Shown in pieces: positions 36,700 to 46,775 of a stretch of 64,000 bases of DNA. The notes beneath the pieces were generated by a model. It made no database searches, was not told the DNA's origin, and saw nothing but the letters and a program-made list of their open reading frames with translations. Both the position numbers and the translations under genes were made by a program. The stretch is from the NCBI GenBank assembly GCA_015520605.1, contig WAPT01000024.1, positions 12,645-76,644 of the forward strand, read 5' to 3'. Origin of the DNA: Nanobdellati archaeon (GTDB lineage Archaea; EX4484-52; WAPT01). Every line of letters starts with the position of its first letter. Within the stretch, counting starts at the first letter, position 1.

Positions 36700-37806
36700 T
36701 TACCACTCTCGTTCTCGTTCAGAATGTTCTCGAAGATGCCCGCCGTCCAAAGAGTCGCACCATATTCTGCACGCGCCTTCAATACTTACCATGCACGGAC
36801 CCACGGGGTTGGACGGACTGCAAACCCTGCCGAAGAGAGGGCAGTCCTCCGGCGTTATGTTTGCTAGTAGAACGTCCCCACACCTGCAGAGTTTTTTAGC
36901 AGGATCCTCACGAAATTCGAACTTTTGAAAAATTTTCTCAAAAACCTTTTCAGCATCTCTATCCTCCCATTTCTTTTTGATCGTAGGTTTGCTGTTTTTT
37001 ATTTTTCCGAGTCCTCTCCACTCACAATCACAGCTTCCGAACACCATTCTTATGAGTTTCTTTGCCTCCACATTACCGTTTTCCCTCACAACACGTCCGT
37101 ACTGGTTGATCACATCCGTTTCTCCCTCTACCAAAAGATCAAGGACTATTTTTACCGACTCCAGCACATCGAGCGCTTCAAACCCGGAGACAACCATCGG
37201 GAGGGGAAAGCGACGGAGAATGCTTCTGTAAGGTCTGATGCCAGTTATGGCTGAAACGTGTCCCGGGCATATGAGAGCATCGACTTTCCTTTTTGTTGAA
37301 GATAGAAGCGCAGGTATCGCAGGTATGAAAAATCGATGAGCATTGAAAACATAAAAGTTGGAGGGCGCTTCCAGGATTGCTATTGCGGTTGAAGGCAGGG
37401 TGGTTTCAAACCCAACGGCTATGTGAACGATATCCTTGCTCTTATTTTTTTCGGCAATTTTCACCGCATCGAAAATGCTGTAGACGATTTTTATTTTTGA
37501 GCCTCCTGCCGTTGCAAGAGATATGCCGTGGTATTTCAGCTGCGAGACATCCCCAAAACAGGTTACTATCCCATCAAAATTCTCAATAAAATACAGAAAT
37601 CTTGCGATCTCTTCATCATTTATCACACATACAGGGCAGCCCGGACCCGGCACAAGCTTGATGCATGAAGGGACAATTTGCCTTATTCCGTATTTGGATA
37701 TTGTATTTTCGTGTGTTCCGCAAAGGGAAAGGATCGTGATGTTTTTCCCAACTGTGGATGCAAGGTTCCTGATCTCTTCGAGCAGTTTTTTTGCATCATT
37801 CCTCAT
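36700..37806 (-). CDS. hypD: Hydrogenase maturation factor HypD.
   Basis: GPGCPVCV and CPVC-type motifs, and a C-terminal CxxH... cluster. Confidence 0.93.
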   Translation of the reverse strand: MRNDAKKLLEEIRNLASTVGKNITILSLCGTHENTISKYGIRQIVPSCIKLVPGPGCPVCVINDEEIARFLYFIENFDGIVTCFGDVSQLKYHGISLATAGGSKIKIVYSIFDAVKIAEKNKSKDIVHIAVGFETTLPSTAIAILEAPSNFYVFNAHRFFIPAIPALLSSTKRKVDALICPGHVSAITGIRPYRSILRRFPLPMVVSGFEALDVLESVKIVLDLLVEGETDVINQYGRVVRENGNVEAKKLIRMVFGSCDCEWRGLGKIKNSKPTIKKKWEDRDAEKVFEKIFQKFEFREDPAKKLCRCGDVLLANITPEDCPLFGRVCSPSNPVGPCMVSIEGACRIWCDSLDGGHLREHSEREREW

Positions 37807-37975
37807 GAACGTCCCTCACCTTTTCTATGGCAAAACCGGCATGCACCACCACTTTGTCCCCCACCTTGACGTCTGGTACGAGATCTACACGCACAAATCT
37901 TCTTGCCCCTCCAAAATTCACGAGAGCTTCCTTTTCCTTGATTTTTTCAACAATTCCCACGACACCAATACACAT
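37796..37975 (-). CDS. hypC: Hydrogenase maturation factor HypC (59 aa, absent from the ORF track).
   Basis: Hand translation: MCIGVVGIVEKIKEKEALVNFGGARRFVRVDLVPDVKVGDKVVVHAGFAIEKVRDVHEE. This is the canonical MC-start HypC. It overlaps the hypD start by 11 nt. Confidence 0.85.
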   Translation of the reverse strand: MCIGVVGIVEKIKEKEALVNFGGARRFVRVDLVPDVKVGDKVVVHAGFAIEKVRDVHEE

Positions 37976-38029
37976 AATCAGATATTTTTTCAGAAAATAC
38001 TAATTAACTTTTTGCAAATAATCTGTTAG

Positions 38030-40381
38030 ATGGATGCATGGAGAATTATCATAAAAGGAACAGTTCAGGGTGTTGGCTTTAGACCGACTGTTGCCAGAGT
38101 GGCACGAAAACTGAAAGCGAGAGGGTATGTCAGAAACCTTGGAGGAGGGGAGGTTGAAATAGTGACCGATTTTCACCCTGAGAAATTTATCGAGAAACTA
38201 TACAATAACCTTCCGAGACTTGCGAGGATTGAGGAAGTAAGGGCGGAAAAGATCAGCACATATTCCTTGCCGGATCCTTTCGCAATTCTTAAGAGCACAT
38301 CTTTTTCCTCAGAGGTCGAAGAAACGATAAGACTGCCTCCTCCCGATGCGGCGATATGTGAGATTTGCCTTGCGGAGGTATTTTCGGAGGACAACAGAAG
38401 ATACCTGTATGCTTTCACTTCCTGTACTGCCTGCGGACCGAGGTTTACAGCGTTTCTTGGACTTCCCTTCGACAGGGAGAATACAACTTTTGGCTCTTTC
38501 CCGCTCTGTGCAGATTGCACCAGAGAATACGAGGATGAAATTAACAGAAGGTACCATGCACAGACCACGTGCTGTCCTGTGTGTGGGCCAACATATTCCT
38601 TGGTATCATCCGGTGGCAAAACTATCGCAGAAGGTCTTGAAGCCATAAGGATGGCCGCCAGAATGGTGGATGATGGCGAGATTCTAGCTGTGAAGGGATG
38701 GGGAGGTTATCACCTTGTCTGCGACGCGGAAAAAGATGGTAGTGTCAGCAGATTGAGGGAGAAGTTGAAGAGGCTCCAACAACCATTCGCAATAATGGCG
38801 AGGGATATGAATGCGGTTAAGAGGATCTGCATCCTTAATGAGCGGGAAGCGGAGGAACTTTCCAGTCCAGCAAGGCCGATCGTGATCCTGAGAAAGAAGG
38901 AACCATCCATTATGAAGGAGGTGGCTCCCATGCTTCACACTCTTGGTATGATGCTCCCTTATTCGGCGCTACATCACATTTTGTTTTCACATCTCAATAC
39001 AGACTTCATTGTGGTTACATCTGCAAACCTTCCCGGAGAACCAATGATGATCGACGAAAAGATAATCAAAAAAATCAAAGTGGATGCCTATCTCATCCAC
39101 AATTTGAGGATAGCGAACAGGTGCGATGACTCCGTTCTCAGGGTGGTTGATGAAAGAAGGGTTTTTGTGAGGAGATCTAGAGGTTTCGTACCATTTTCCC
39201 TCGAGCTTGGAAAAAAGACTAACGCTCTCTGCCTTGGGGCGGAACTTTTCAATTCAGTATGTTTCGTCAAAAACGGCAGAGCGTATCTCAGTCAGTATCT
39301 CGGAGACACTTCAAATTACCTCACCTACAAAGAGCATTTCATCCCCACCATCCAGAAATGGAGAAAATGGCTCTCCCTCGATAAGTGTGATGCAATTGTG
39401 TGTGACCTCCATCCCTCTTACACCACAACCTTCTTTGCGGAAAACGTTGCGGAGAGTCTTGATATCCCTCTCTACAGACTTCAGCATCACTTTGCACATG
39501 CGATGGGAGTGATGTTCGAGCATAACCTTGAGAGAGCTGTTGCTATATGCTGTGATGGCACTGGATACGGTTTGGATGGCGGTGTGTGGGGTGGGGAAGT
39601 CCTTTATATTGATTTTGAAAAACATGAGTTTGCGCGTGTCGGCCGCCTTGAAAATTTCCATCTTGTCGGAGGAGATAGTGCAACTCTAAATCCGAGAAGG
39701 ATAGGAGCATCCCTGCTTTTCTTAGCAGGGATGGAAAAAGAGGCGGCAGCACTTCTTGAGGAAAAGGAAAGGGAACTCGTCATGGCAGCCATCCAGAACA
39801 AAATAAATGTGGTGGAGTGTTCCTCAGCAGGCAGAGTTTTTGATGGTGTGGCATCAATCCTTAACATTTACAATAAGAGAACTTATGAGGGCGAGGGGGC
39901 AATGAAACTTGAGACCATGGCATCTCTGGCGGAGGGGAAATGCAAGGAAGTTGAGAGCTTAAAACCAAAAATCGCAACCACACAGGAAGCTACAAGATAC
40001 AGGAACCCTTACTTAATGGAAGGATGTGAAGGAAATCCGCGAGCAACACAATTTCCGATAAAGGTACTTAAAATTTCGAAATTAATAAAAGAAGCTTTTG
40101 AAAAATTGAAAGAAGGATGGGAGATGGAAAGGATAGCCTTCGAAACGTTTTCTTATGTAGGGCGGGGACTTGCCACAATAGCCGTTGAGACAGCAAAGAG
40201 ACGTAACTGTAAAATAATTCTCGCTGGAGGATGTATGGTAAATCCCATCTTTGTGGAAAGCATTATGAATGTTACGAGAACTGGTGGGGTTGAAACAGCA
40301 CTCCCTCAAGAAGTGCCCATTGGAGATAACGGGATAAGTATGGGACAGGCGTATTTGCTCAAATTCGTTGAGACGAGGTGA
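38030..40381 (+). CDS. hypF: Carbamoyltransferase HypF.
   Basis: Acylphosphatase domain (VQGVGFRP), two Zn-finger CxxC pairs, and YrdC and Kae1-like domains. Confidence 0.93.
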   Translation: MDAWRIIIKGTVQGVGFRPTVARVARKLKARGYVRNLGGGEVEIVTDFHPEKFIEKLYNNLPRLARIEEVRAEKISTYSLPDPFAILKSTSFSSEVEETIRLPPPDAAICEICLAEVFSEDNRRYLYAFTSCTACGPRFTAFLGLPFDRENTTFGSFPLCADCTREYEDEINRRYHAQTTCCPVCGPTYSLVSSGGKTIAEGLEAIRMAARMVDDGEILAVKGWGGYHLVCDAEKDGSVSRLREKLKRLQQPFAIMARDMNAVKRICILNEREAEELSSPARPIVILRKKEPSIMKEVAPMLHTLGMMLPYSALHHILFSHLNTDFIVVTSANLPGEPMMIDEKIIKKIKVDAYLIHNLRIANRCDDSVLRVVDERRVFVRRSRGFVPFSLELGKKTNALCLGAELFNSVCFVKNGRAYLSQYLGDTSNYLTYKEHFIPTIQKWRKWLSLDKCDAIVCDLHPSYTTTFFAENVAESLDIPLYRLQHHFAHAMGVMFEHNLERAVAICCDGTGYGLDGGVWGGEVLYIDFEKHEFARVGRLENFHLVGGDSATLNPRRIGASLLFLAGMEKEAAALLEEKERELVMAAIQNKINVVECSSAGRVFDGVASILNIYNKRTYEGEGAMKLETMASLAEGKCKEVESLKPKIATTQEATRYRNPYLMEGCEGNPRATQFPIKVLKISKLIKEAFEKLKEGWEMERIAFETFSYVGRGLATIAVETAKRRNCKIILAGGCMVNPIFVESIMNVTRTGGVETALPQEVPIGDNGISMGQAYLLKFVETR

Positions 40382-41415
40382 GCGTGATGAGCTGGCAGGA
40401 GAGGGTAGGTGACGTGGGAGATGGTGGGAGAAGAATGATGGAATTTCTTGAAAAGTACATTTTTCCGAAAATTAATGTAGAGAGCAGAGAGGATGCGGGA
40501 ATAGTGAACGAAGATTTCATCATAACAACCGATAGTTACACTATTAAGCCCATAATTTTTCCCGGCGGCAGTATAGGGAAGCTTGCCATCTGCGGGTCAG
40601 CAAATGATGTAGCCGTGATGGGCGCAAAACCTACATACTTTCTTCTATCTTTAATAGCAGACGAGAACCTTGAGATGAACAAGTTTTTGCATGTTGTTGA
40701 AGATATCTCGAAATATCTGAGAGAGATTGATGGCAGGATGCTTGGCGGAGATCTCAAAACACTTAAGGGAGATGGAGAGGAAATTTATGTAAATACCACA
40801 TGCATAGGAACGCGAAACAGATGGCTTGAATTAAATCTCGAAGTGGTGAGAAATTATCGCAACTATCCACACTCATGGATAAGGAATTGTGGCGCTGGAG
40901 AGGACGAGGTGGTGATAATAACTGGAAACATCGCGGAGCACGCCACAGCAATTTTGCTTGCAAGGGAGGAGCTTGGTTTCCAGCTGGATGTATCCTCGGA
41001 TTGCAAACATCTATGGTTTCCAATAAGAAAAGCGATGGAGGAGGGTGGCATAACGGCAATGAAAGATGCTACTCGCGGTGGTATTGCGTCTGCGCTCAAC
41101 GAGATAGCGGAGCAAAGCGGTGTGGGTATGGTAATTGAGGAAAACAAAATACCAATAAGGGAAGAGGTAAGGAGTTTCTGCGAGGTGCTTGGACTTGATC
41201 CCTATGCAATGGCAAACGAGGGTGTGAGTGTGATGACCGTTGTGCGGGAAATGGCTGAGGATGTGCTTGAAGCTCTTCACAAAGCGGGAGAGAAAAATGC
41301 GAGGATTGTGGGCTACACAACCGCAGAACATAGAGAGGTTATTCTGAGAACCGAGCTTGGAAGCGAGAGAATTCTTCATATGCCTTACGGAAGCACAGTG
41401 CCCAGAATATGTTGA
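40378..41415 (+). CDS. hypE: Hydrogenase maturation factor HypE.
   Basis: PurM-like fold with the conserved C-terminal ...PRIC. Confidence 0.9.
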   Translation: MSVMSWQERVGDVGDGGRRMMEFLEKYIFPKINVESREDAGIVNEDFIITTDSYTIKPIIFPGGSIGKLAICGSANDVAVMGAKPTYFLLSLIADENLEMNKFLHVVEDISKYLREIDGRMLGGDLKTLKGDGEEIYVNTTCIGTRNRWLELNLEVVRNYRNYPHSWIRNCGAGEDEVVIITGNIAEHATAILLAREELGFQLDVSSDCKHLWFPIRKAMEEGGITAMKDATRGGIASALNEIAEQSGVGMVIEENKIPIREEVRSFCEVLGLDPYAMANEGVSVMTVVREMAEDVLEALHKAGEKNARIVGYTTAEHREVILRTELGSERILHMPYGSTVPRIC

Positions 41416-41466
41416 TCAAAACTCATTAATGAAACAAATTTCCCGAAAATACAAAAAACAAAACAA

Positions 41467-41694
41467 TTAAAAATAAAAAATAATATAAAACTTATAGCCA
41501 TTTTCAAGCTTAACTTTTTCAAAACCAACTACATATCGTTTCCGTTTTTTTGAGAATATGCAGATTTCTGTCACATCCTCAAAGGCTATTGGTGTATGTT
41601 TCAGAATTTCCCTTATTCTTTTAGGTTCTTCATTCAGAGCCTTGCACGCATCCTCAAAACTCCACATCACAACCGGCTCTATCCCGTTCAACAC
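41467..41694 (-). CDS. Hypothetical small protein (75 aa).
   Basis: ORF track only. Confidence 0.35.
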   Translation of the reverse strand: MLNGIEPVVMWSFEDACKALNEEPKRIREILKHTPIAFEDVTEICIFSKKRKRYVVGFEKVKLENGYKFYIIFYF

Positions 41695-42021
41695 CCCACC
41701 CCCTCTTAGAACTAATTAGGATCCCGCGTCCCAACATTTTCAAGAAAACGGGTTTTTTACACCATAAATCAAGAAAGTAAACTTTAAGAGTGCTACTTGT
41801 AGTTCTCGATTTCCACCCACGACAAATGTCGAATGTTTTACTACCAAACTTGTATAACATTTTTAAGTGTGTGTTGGATTTTAACTATTATCAATCAAAA
41901 TAATGAAAAGTTCGAAAAATGGAATTCAGAAAATTAAAGGATGTCTGACGCATTCTTAGCGATGTTCATCCTTTCTTTCTGTCCCAACTCTCCTAGTAAT
42001 TCCGCGGCCCTTGGATTTTTA

Positions 42022-42096
42022 TGGGGCCGCCCGGATTTGAACCGGGGTCACCGGCGCCCGAGGCCGGGATGATGGACCAAGCTACACCACGGCCCC
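42022..42096 (-). tRNA. tRNA-Pro (anticodon CGG).
   Basis: Minus-strand cloverleaf with acceptor GGGGCCG/CGGCCCC, anticodon arm CCGGC-CTCGGGC-GCCGG, and T-arm CCCGG-TTCAAAT-CCGGG. Confidence 0.8.
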
Positions 42097-42172
42097 GAGA
42101 TTACCTCGTGGCGTTAATGCAATAGACTCTATCGGATGAAATTTTTTAAATGCGTGGTTTGGGGGTGAGAGT

Positions 42173-42958
42173 TTGGAGGTCCGGAAGGTATTGTGTGTTG
42201 TGGCCGTGTTTCTGCTGGTGTGTGGTGTTGTGCTCCCACCTGCTGTTGCCGGCGGTCTGTGGGAGCATGTAAAGGAAAAATGGAGCGAAGTCAAGGAGAA
42301 AGTTTCCGAGAAGTATCGTAGAACCAAGGAAAGGGTCTCGCACGGGTGGAACAGGATCAAGGAGGGAACACGGGAGAGATATGAAGAGACAAAAGAAAAG
42401 ATCAAGCAGAAAGTTTCGGAGGGAAAGGAGAGACTCGAGCATAGACTCGAGCATGAGTGGAACGAAATAAAGTCCAGAGCAAAGTTCAAATCACAGAGGG
42501 TTGCAACAAGAGCCTGGGAAACATGGAAAAACATGCCGGAGGAGGACAGGAAAAAAGTGAAAATGGCTCTGATAGGTGGAGCCGTTCTTGTGGGAGTGAC
42601 ATATATGGCGGTGCATCACCCCGGTGCTGTGGCTACAGCTGCGAAATATGCAACAGCGATAATGATCAAAGACGGCAAGCTTGCCGTTTATGATCCAGAA
42701 ACAAAGGAAATCATTGAGTCGGCAGCAATGCAGGAAATCTCAAATAAGACGCACGGGCTTGTCAAATCGAACAATTTTGAGGTTGAGAGTGTTGAAAAGA
42801 TGCCCGATGGCAAGTACAGAATCAAGGTAAGCGCTGATGTCAATCTCTTCTGGTTGATTCCATGGAAACTCGAGAAGGACATCATCATCGATCCCGCAAC
42901 CGGAAAAGCCCAGGTGGATATGGCGTGGTGGGAGACCCCGCCTTTCTATACCGCTTGA
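42173..42958 (+). CDS. Secreted or lipid-anchored protein. After the signal peptide come amphipathic E/K/W-rich helical repeats.
   Basis: The signal peptide MEVRKVLCVVAVFLLVCGVVLPPAVAG is followed by repeated ~11-residue units (WEHVKEKWSEV / KEKVSEKYRRT / KERVSHGWNRI / KEGTRERYEET...). Confidence 0.6.
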   Translation: MEVRKVLCVVAVFLLVCGVVLPPAVAGGLWEHVKEKWSEVKEKVSEKYRRTKERVSHGWNRIKEGTRERYEETKEKIKQKVSEGKERLEHRLEHEWNEIKSRAKFKSQRVATRAWETWKNMPEEDRKKVKMALIGGAVLVGVTYMAVHHPGAVATAAKYATAIMIKDGKLAVYDPETKEIIESAAMQEISNKTHGLVKSNNFEVESVEKMPDGKYRIKVSADVNLFWLIPWKLEKDIIIDPATGKAQVDMAWWETPPFYTA

Positions 42959-42979
42959 TTTTCTAAAATTTTTTAGGAG

Positions 42980-43990
42980 GTGTGGGAAATGGAGGATGTA
43001 GAGGATGTAGGGGAGATTAAGGATGAGGATGTTAAGTACCTGGAAAAAAAGTACCTGGAAAAAATGATAAAGAACAACAGTATGTTCTTCACAAAGAAAG
43101 CTTCCATCTATCCCATCGTGGGCGGGATTCAGGGAGCGCTGTTCCTAATCGTCGGAGCTGTGCCGACCTTCGTTGCTTTTCTGACGTTCCTTATCCTACG
43201 ATCCGGTGCGGGGATATTTCTAAGTTTCGCCGGAGAAAGGGTGATATGGAGCGTAATGCTGCGGATAATCCTAACTTTCATGTTCGGTCTGTGGATGCTC
43301 GCGTTCCTACATTCCGCTGTACTTAGAGAGTTTATGCGTTCGTCTATCGGAGCTCTTATCGGCGGGCTTATCAGCGTTTTCATGACACCCCAAGCTTTTC
43401 CAGAAGTGAAAACTGCAGGACTTCTTCTTATCTTCTCAAGCTTTGTGACCATGGCCTGCATCGTGATATGTAATGAAGAGGCCAAGAGGATAGCAAAGAG
43501 GAAAGTGAGGATAAAACAGGTGGATGAGGAGACTCTGAAGCTCATCAGGATCATGGAGAACATAAAGTCGTCCGCGGATTTCTATGCGAGGATCGTGAAC
43601 GCACTCTACTACATCTGCACAGGACTCGGGGTGCTTTTCGTGGGCAGCATGACTGTATTTTCCCATATTCCAGTTTATTCATACGTCCATGTAACATCAC
43701 ACCATCCCAATTTCTGGAGCATACTGTTATTTTCACTGGCATTCACCATGCCGCTGGCATTGGTGTTCTCATTCCGAAAATACCTTTACTGGACAGGCGT
43801 CGCATTCTTCAGTATCCTGGCCGTCGTTTTGGTAGCTAAGGCCGTATCCAGCAGACTGTACATAAACGTCTTGGGACTGATAGCTCTGGTAGCTGCTGTA
43901 GCAATGCCTGTCCTGGCACTGATGTTATCACCTATCCTGAAGCATCAGAGGCTAAGGGAGAAGGTGATGGAGATAGGAGAACTGCTTTAG
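42980..43990 (+). CDS. Polytopic membrane protein of unknown function.
   Basis: 336 aa with multiple hydrophobic segments and an acidic N-terminus. Confidence 0.55.
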   Translation: MWEMEDVEDVGEIKDEDVKYLEKKYLEKMIKNNSMFFTKKASIYPIVGGIQGALFLIVGAVPTFVAFLTFLILRSGAGIFLSFAGERVIWSVMLRIILTFMFGLWMLAFLHSAVLREFMRSSIGALIGGLISVFMTPQAFPEVKTAGLLLIFSSFVTMACIVICNEEAKRIAKRKVRIKQVDEETLKLIRIMENIKSSADFYARIVNALYYICTGLGVLFVGSMTVFSHIPVYSYVHVTSHHPNFWSILLFSLAFTMPLALVFSFRKYLYWTGVAFFSILAVVLVAKAVSSRLYINVLGLIALVAAVAMPVLALMLSPILKHQRLREKVMEIGELL

Positions 43991-44104
43991 CATTCTCATA
44001 TTTTTATTTTATTATTTTTTCTTATGTTTTGTTGGAAAATATTCCCATAAATTCAGATTATAACATTAAAAAATTCCGGCCACTTAATTTCCTCCACGAT
44101 TCTC

Positions 44105-45868
44105 ATGCTGGTGGGTGAAGTTTTCGGCAAGACCGGTACCAAAACCTTCCAGTTTCGAGCTTACAAGGAGGTCAACAGAATGGATTTTGTTACTGTGAAG
44201 AGTGTTGATGACCACTGGCTTCTCTGCCGGATTGAGGATGTGGAGATGTATCCTGACGGTAAGATAATCGGCAAAGCAAGGATAATCGGTTACAGAGAAG
44301 ATGGGATACTGAAGATCCCAAAGGTCCCCATTAAGCCCAACAGCCTTGTTTACAAAGCAGACAAGGGAATCATAACTGAAGTTCTCAATTTGAAAATGGA
44401 CGGCCTTTACATAGGCGTGCTTGAGGCTAATGAGGATGTGAAGGTATACCTTGATCCGCAGGAGCTCATATCAAAGCATGTTGCCGTGCTTGCCGCCACC
44501 GGATCGGGTAAGTCTTACACGGTCGGTGTGCTCATAGAGGAGATAGCGGAGAGGAGGATTCCGATCGTGGTGATCGATCCCCATGGCGAGTACACATCCA
44601 TGAGGTTTCCGAATGATCAGAAGGATGTTAAGGCTTTCAAGAAATTTGGAGTGAATCCGAAGGGTTATGATGTGCAACACTACAGCCCCGATCCCCGCGT
44701 TAACCCCGGTGCTATGCAGCTCAGCTTTGGTTACGATGAGATAGATCCGAGAGAGATAGGCATGCTGTTTCCCTCAAAGCCCACAGCTTCTCAGCTCGCC
44801 TTGCTTTATGCGGCTTTTAAGAGAATAAAATCCACAAAAAAGAACTTCACACTCGATGATATTATAGCGGATGTGGAACAGAGTCAGAGCCAGAGCAAGT
44901 GGAACGTAATAAACATGCTCGAGATGCTGAAGGATATGAGAATTTTCAGCGGGAATCCCACCCCCGTCACAAAACTGGTGGTGCCGGGAAAGATAACCGT
45001 TATTAACCTGAGAGGGGTAACGCAAGAAGTTCAGGCCTACGTCGTGTACAAGATGGTTGAAAGGTTGTTCGAAGCAAGAAAAATAGGGATGATAAATCCA
45101 TGTTTCCTTGTGATTGAGGAAGCGCACAACTTCGTGCCGCAGAGCGAGGCAAAGATAAGCTCAAAGATAATAAAAAACGTTGCTTCCGAAGGAAGGAAGT
45201 TCGGTTTGGGGCTTTGTGTAATAAGCCAGAGACCGGCAAGGATAGACAAGAACGTGCTGAGCCAGTGCAACACACAGATAATCCTAAGGATGATGAATCC
45301 AAACGATTTGAAAGCTGTGAGCTATGCTGAAGGGCTTAGCGCTGAGCTGGAGAAGGAGATAAAGAACCTCAACACAGGCACCGCTCTTATGATAGGGCAG
45401 GAATTTCCCATCATAGTTAAGATAAGGGTCAGGAGGAGCAAGCACGGCGGAACAACTCAAGACGTTACGGAGCAGAGAGAAAATACGATCCCAATATTCC
45501 TACCTCTCAAACCAGTTCAGCACGTGCCGTCTGGAAGCAAGGTTTACTATCCCTGCTGGGTTTTCAATTCTGAGGGGAAGCGCTATGTTATGGACGCGGT
45601 ACAGGGTAAGTTCCTCTTCTTTGATGGAAACGTCGTCAGAGAGCAAAACGGAAGTGGGAGTATATTAGAAATGAATATAGAGCACGGCACAGAAGAGATT
45701 GTCGGTAGAGTTATAAGGGCTGAAATAGGTCACAAACGGGCATTGAGCATCGGGAAGAAATTCTTTGGCAGAATTGATAGTGTACAACTTGTTTACTATC
45801 CTTACATTGTAACGGAGGATGAGCTCATCGATCTTGTAACCGGAGCGATGAAAAAGTTGGGAAGATAA
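44105..45868 (+). CDS. HerA-like / DUF87 P-loop ATPase (FtsK-HerA superfamily).
   Basis: N-terminal barrel-like segment, Walker A (AVLAATGSGKSY) and Walker B (...LVIEEAHNF). No NurA-like partner is present in the window. Confidence 0.75.
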   Translation: MLVGEVFGKTGTKTFQFRAYKEVNRMDFVTVKSVDDHWLLCRIEDVEMYPDGKIIGKARIIGYREDGILKIPKVPIKPNSLVYKADKGIITEVLNLKMDGLYIGVLEANEDVKVYLDPQELISKHVAVLAATGSGKSYTVGVLIEEIAERRIPIVVIDPHGEYTSMRFPNDQKDVKAFKKFGVNPKGYDVQHYSPDPRVNPGAMQLSFGYDEIDPREIGMLFPSKPTASQLALLYAAFKRIKSTKKNFTLDDIIADVEQSQSQSKWNVINMLEMLKDMRIFSGNPTPVTKLVVPGKITVINLRGVTQEVQAYVVYKMVERLFEARKIGMINPCFLVIEEAHNFVPQSEAKISSKIIKNVASEGRKFGLGLCVISQRPARIDKNVLSQCNTQIILRMMNPNDLKAVSYAEGLSAELEKEIKNLNTGTALMIGQEFPIIVKIRVRRSKHGGTTQDVTEQRENTIPIFLPLKPVQHVPSGSKVYYPCWVFNSEGKRYVMDAVQGKFLFFDGNVVREQNGSGSILEMNIEHGTEEIVGRVIRAEIGHKRALSIGKKFFGRIDSVQLVYYPYIVTEDELIDLVTGAMKKLGR

Positions 45869-45991
45869 TGCTCACAGGCAGACCAAAACACACACATCTA
45901 ATGGAAATGTTTCGGATCAAAATTTTTAAACCTTCATGTTTTATTACCATTTAGAGATATCAAAGCGCATTTCTTTGCTGGGACAATAAAT

Positions 45992-46084
45992 GTAGTGTCA
46001 TTTATGCACTCTGTCTCGCCTGACCCGCGGCAGAAAGGCAGAGATATACTTCATTAAACGTCCGTTAAACGTCCGCGGGGATGA
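45992..46084. repeat. Copy A of a ~93-bp intergenic element with a GC-palindrome-flanked core (GACCCGCGG-N31-CCGCGGGG). It contains an internal 11-bp tandem duplication (TTAAACGTCCG x2).
   Basis: The 43-bp core gacccgcggcagaaaggcagagatatacttcattaaacgtccg...cggggatga is identical to copy B at 48886-48936. It lies 45 bp upstream of the start of gene 46129. Confidence 0.8.
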
Positions 46085-46128
46085 TGGTTGTTGGTGTGGA
46101 AGAGAATTTTTAGAGGAGGTGGTGTGGT

Positions 46129-46719
46129 TTGAAGTCCAAGACCAAGATAGTTAGGGTATTTCAGCTTCTAGTTCTCGTCTTTTTTGTAGTTCAGGGAATG
46201 TACATAGCGCACTCGATAATCCAACATCACCACTATCTTCAGTCACTCCCAGATACCACACAGGAAATGTATTTAAATCAGGAAATTCTGAAGTGGGCTC
46301 GTCAGCAGAACATATCGGTCATTTTCGATGAGAACTACAAACCATTTATGAAAGTGAAGAACAGCAAAGAACTGATAACGAATTTTGAAGAAATTAAAGA
46401 AATAAAGACAGCGCTGATAATCTCAGTAATACCTAGAGAGCGGATTAATGATGCTTTCAAACCAGATCTCTTGATCAAATACTATCTAATATCTCCCGCC
46501 GGTATACGTTACTATGAGGACTATTACATAGCGCCGACAGGATACACGATAGTCAAGTACAACCAAAACGGTGTCGTTATTCTGAAAAAGGACGTCACAC
46601 TAGGGTGGCTCAGGACAATCACTCATGGAAGAAATGTTCTTGTGGGGATAGTGATGCTATTCATCGATGTGACCCTTCTGAGAGTAGCATTTCCGAAGGG
46701 AGAGAACACAGATGTCTAG
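46129..46719 (+). CDS. Membrane-anchored hypothetical protein (196 aa).
   Basis: N-terminal TM segment, with a GGAGG-type Shine-Dalgarno upstream. Confidence 0.55.
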   Translation: MKSKTKIVRVFQLLVLVFFVVQGMYIAHSIIQHHHYLQSLPDTTQEMYLNQEILKWARQQNISVIFDENYKPFMKVKNSKELITNFEEIKEIKTALIISVIPRERINDAFKPDLLIKYYLISPAGIRYYEDYYIAPTGYTIVKYNQNGVVILKKDVTLGWLRTITHGRNVLVGIVMLFIDVTLLRVAFPKGENTDV

Positions 46720-46775
46720 AGAGAACACCGAAGTGAGAGTTATTTTCCTTATTTTTTCTTTTATTTTTAGGAAAC

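Noticed and set aside
36615-36782. N-terminal part of track ORF 36453..36782.
   Set aside because: It overlaps the 3' end of hypD in a different frame, and there is no internal ATG. Only a possible short GTG-initiated Zn-ribbon ORF downstream of hypD was retained, at low confidence.
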